Positions 60,227 to 64,000 of a stretch of DNA of 64,000 bases are shown here, piece after piece. This DNA is from Lophium mytilinum. Taxonomy: Eukaryota. The number at the start of each line of letters is the position of its first letter. The first letter of the stretch is position 1. Where the stretch lies: NCBI GenBank assembly GCA_010093605.1, contig MU004195.1, positions 1,503,566 through 1,567,565 on the forward strand. The letters run 5' to 3'. Below the pieces are notes generated by a model. It was not told the DNA's origin. It ran no database searches and saw only the letters and a program-made list of their open reading frames with translations. A program made the translations under genes and the position numbers.

Positions 60227-60862
60227 CGTGTCATACGAGGATAGAGTTGCGCTTCATAGATTTCATGGTTACTCACCCTCTATACCAGTCATAATGTCAT
60301 GTCTTATTCAGGTTTATATGCCAAAAACACAGACAACACAAGTATGATCTTGACCATGGAAGAGCACCAGAGGAATGTACCTTTCCGTTCAACCTCAGTA
60401 CCAAGGTTCTCTCACATCTACCGCCTAGCCCACTTCGGCATCACGCATGGAACTCGTATTATCGACCACTTTTCAGCTGCACTCGGCGCACTAAACTAGT
60501 CAAGAGAAGGCGCGTGGCAGAGGGATCTTTTGGGCAGAAGCGACTTGCCATGTCAGCCAGACAGGGTTCCGACGTGAAGGACGCATGCGCTAGTAACACC
60601 CAATTGCTTCACCCTGTCAGCTGTATGCACGCTCGGCAAGTCCGGGGTGTAATAGTGGGGCGGGATGGACCACTGCTCGAAGGGTTACCAACATAGTTCG
60701 AGGACCTCTTACTTCGCTGGTAAATAAAACGTCTTACTCTTCTGTTCCATACTTTTAACGGCCTCTCTGATTGAAAATCTGCCTTGATTTCGACGTCTAC
60801 TATTCTTTTATTTTTCTACCGATTTTCTAAGTATCGACGCTTGCACTGAGTACTTGAGCAGG

Positions 60863-63800
60863 ATGGTTTCTACTGCCACTCCGGTGGATAACAACCGACT
60901 TATCCCAAATGTGATTGACCTTCGTGCTCAGAGGAATCCACAAGACATATTCGCAAAAGTGCCGACTTCGACTACTAGCTATGGATCTGGATTTCGATCG
61001 GTCACCATTGTTGAACTTTCCAATGCCATCAACAGAGTAGCATGGCTTCTCCAAGAGCATTTGGGAAAAGGCCAGGACCATGAAGCTTTGGCATACATTG
61101 GACCTACCGATCTGCGCTATTCCATCGTTGTCATTGCAGCTATAAAAGTTGGCTACAAGGTAAGGGACACTGCCTAATGTATCAACTGCACTCTTACTGA
61201 CTGCTTCGTTCATATACGTTTCTGCCATCTCCCAGAAACAGCAAAGCCGCCCACATCTCCCTTCTATCAAGACTTGCATGCAAGATTCTAGTTACCACCC
61301 ATCCGGAACCTCCTTGTGTTCCTATGATTTTAGAAGACTACAGCATGCGAAAGCTTCAAATTCCTTCCCTCGATGAACTGCTTTCCAATCAGGATACTCC
61401 GCATTATCCCTATGAAAAGACATTTGAAGAGGCAAAATATGACCCAGCATTCATTTTGCATACATCAGGATCCACAGGTTGTCGAGTCATACCCCATCAT
61501 GCGTCCTTTGCTAACTGCGTATAGGAATACCCAAGCCCCTGACGTATAACCACTCCTTCATCACACGTATTGCAAACGTTACGTCTCTTCCTCCGCCGGA
61601 AGGCTTTCAGAGCTTGGATAAATATTTTCGTTCGGGAAGCTTCTTTATGACCCTGCCCGGATTCCATGTAAGCAATCCAAGGGCGTATCAATTCGCTTCT
61701 ATATTACATAACAGCCGTAAACTCGTACTCAAAAGCCCTTTAGGTTGCTGGCATAGGCTTCTCGCTCATTGTGCCTGCCTTCAACAGTTCTGTCCCCGTG
61801 TACCCTCTTCCAGGGCCTCCCCCAACAACCGCCGCCTTCATTGACGCCATAAATAACGCAGTGATCGACTGGGCTTTCTTGCCACCAGTGGTAATCGATG
61901 AGCTAGGCAAGGACCCGGAATTGCTAGAAGCAGTAGCCAGCAAGCTGAAGTAACTTTACTACACCGGGGGTAGTGTCCCAAGATCGTCAGGCGATGCTGT
62001 TGCAGCTCGAATGCCACTTTATCAAGTAATGGTATCGAGCGAATGTGCCACATTCCCTCTCGTGAAACGGGGGCACGACGAAGATGGTCACGACTGGAAC
62101 TACATTCAGGTTCACCCCTCAGTCCAAGCGGAATTCCGGCACCGCTTCGAGGATTTACACGAGCTTATCGTAGTGAGGACCTCGGAGAACGAGTCCTACC
62201 AACCGGTATTCCTCCACTTTCCCGATCTGAAGGAGTACGAGACGCGAGATCTTTTCACGCCGCATCCAACGAAACCAGGGCTTTGGACGCATCGAAGCCG
62301 GGTCGACGACGTCATCGTGTTCTTAAATGGAGAGAAGACAAACCCTGTCTCTTTCGAGCACGAGGTCGCCAAACATCCCGAAGTTGGAGCCGCGTTAGTG
62401 GCTGGCCAGCAACGTTTCGAAGCCTCGCTTTTAGTTGAGCTCGTCGATAACAGTGCCGCCACACCCAAAGACCGCCTTGAGATCGTTGACCGAATATGGC
62501 CTAACGTACAAAAAGCGAACAGTCAATGTCCTGCTCATGCCAAAGTCTCCAAGTCGAAGATTATATTGGTGGATCCGGAAATGCCAATGCTCCGCGCCGG
62601 GAAATGGACTGTTCAGCGGCAAGCCACCTTAGATTTGTACTCAAAGATATTGGATGAGGTCTATGCTGAGGATGACCTGGACGTTTTATGGATCCCAGCA
62701 GAAGACATTGTTAGTGAGTCCTTCGTTGCGGACACAGTGCGGGAAGCGGTTAGGAGCGTGACTGAGTGGGCGGAATTCAATGACGATGACGAGTTTTTCT
62801 CCCTAGGAATGGATTCTCTGCAAGTCTTCAAACTAAGACGCCAGCTCAAGGCTAAGTTGCCGCAAACTATCAGCATAGCAACTATATATGGAAACCCTTC
62901 AATCACGCTGCTTGCGAAGGAAATCTGGAAATCGGCATCTCACACCCAAGCATCAGAATCTGAAATTCAACGAGCCATGCCAGACGAAGCTGCCGCGATT
63001 ACCGCAACCATCCAAGAATACGTCAACCAAATAGACGCAATCGCAACGCCCCCCCAGACGGACTCACATCCGATAGCAAAACCGTCACCAGCATCCGAAG
63101 TCATACTGCTCACAGGATCAACGGGCACGCTGGGCTCTTTCATACTTCACGACCTCCTTGCCCAGAAAACCAGTGCTCACATCTACTGCCTAAACCGAGC
63201 CCCAAACTCCTCACAACTCCAAACAACCCGAAACCAGTCCCACCAACTCCCCACCAACTTCCCCCTCAACCGCGTCACCTTCCTAACCGCCGACCTCTCC
63301 AAACCCTCCTTCGGGCTCTCAGAACCCCTCTACACCACCCTCCTAACAACAACCACCCGCATCATCCACAACGCCTGGCCCGTCGACTTCAACCGCACCC
63401 TCCCCTCCTTCCACCCCAGCCTCTCCACCGTCGTCGCCCTCATCGCCTTCGCCGCCCGCTCCCCCAAATCCCCGACTCTGTTCTTCATGTCCTCCATCAG
63501 CGCCACCATCAACTACAGCGCGCCCCTGATCCCCGAAGCCGTCATCACAGACCTCGCCTGCACCGCGCCAATGGGCTACGGGCAGAGCAAATACGTCGCC
63601 GAACGCCTCCTCGACCACGCGGCCCGCACCCTCGGCGTCGACGCCACGGCCGTCCGTATCGGGCAGATCGCGGGCACGGCGGAGAACCCGCGCGGCTGGA
63701 GCCGGAATGAGTGGCTGCCGAGTTTGGTGCTGAGCTTGCGGTTCGTGAGCGCGCTGCCGGATTCGCTGGGGGCGATGGACGCTGTGGACTGGGTGCCGGT

Positions 63801-64000
63801 TGATAAGCTGGCGGGGGTGCTGAGGGAATTGCTTTTCGGGGCTTATGGTGGAAAAGAGGGTAACGGATTGCGGGTGTTTCATGCCGTCAATCCGGCTGTT
63901 GTTTCGTGGGAAACGCTGCTTCCTACCGTTAAAGAGCTCTTGAGTGAGCACGGAGAGGTGGCGGTGCTGTCGTTCCCTGCTTGGTTGGACCTCCTGAAAT
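60863..64000 (+). pseudogene. NRPS-like carboxylic acid reductase (A-T-R), disrupted as assembled; runs off the right edge
   Basis: A: LAYIGPTDLRY, FLPSPRNS, ILHTSGSTG/IPKP, TRDLF.PHP, RVDDVIVFLNGEKTNP; T: FFSLGMDSL; R: LLTGSTGTLG, IIHNAWPVDF, GYGQSKY. Intron 1 ends CATAT instead of CATAG at 61215; in-frame TAA at 61951-61953. Confidence 0.8.

Larger units (their letters stand above)
39216..64000. other. Putative polyketide biosynthetic gene cluster (left boundary uncertain, right boundary outside the window)
   Basis: Contiguous PKS, hydrolase, CAR, MFS, membrane protein, OYE, two regulators and Rid protein, with no housekeeping gene in between. Confidence 0.75.

Noticed and set aside
61951..61953. 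Premature stop corrected by sexual-stage A-to-I editing
   Set aside because: Editing would give Trp via two edits at a site not expected to be Trp, and it cannot fix the broken acceptor or the Gly substitutions
61950..61973. Possible tiny intron GTAACT...TAG removing the CAR stop codon
   Set aside because: Only 24 nt, no proper branch spacing, and it would delete the conserved YTGG motif

Overview
Intron-rich genomic DNA of a filamentous ascomycete (Pezizomycotina; a Dothideomycete is plausible but cannot be proven from this window). The left ~35 kb is mostly housekeeping genes: TRS130/TRAPPC10, PCF11, a small secreted I9-type protease-inhibitor protein, Hook, tubulin cofactor B, a Myb/SANT factor and CENP-C/MIF2. 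Inserted among them is a tandem pair of intronless QIP/Gfd2-family DEDDh exonucleases with zinc knuckles. Two divergent BTB-like genes follow. The right ~25 kb is a putative secondary-metabolite cluster: a Rid-family protein, Zn2Cys6 factor, old yellow enzyme, TF-like protein, MFS exporter, PTH11/SAT4-like membrane protein, a highly reducing PKS with degenerate MT and ER motifs, an FSH1/LovG-type hydrolase, and an A-T-R carboxylic acid reductase that runs off the right edge. The reductase carries a broken splice acceptor, an in-frame stop and two motif substitutions, all explicable as G:C>T:A changes. Other oddities are a probable GUG start on the Myb gene and very long introns in three microtubule/kinetochore genes. 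All calls come from reading motifs by eye; no searches were run.
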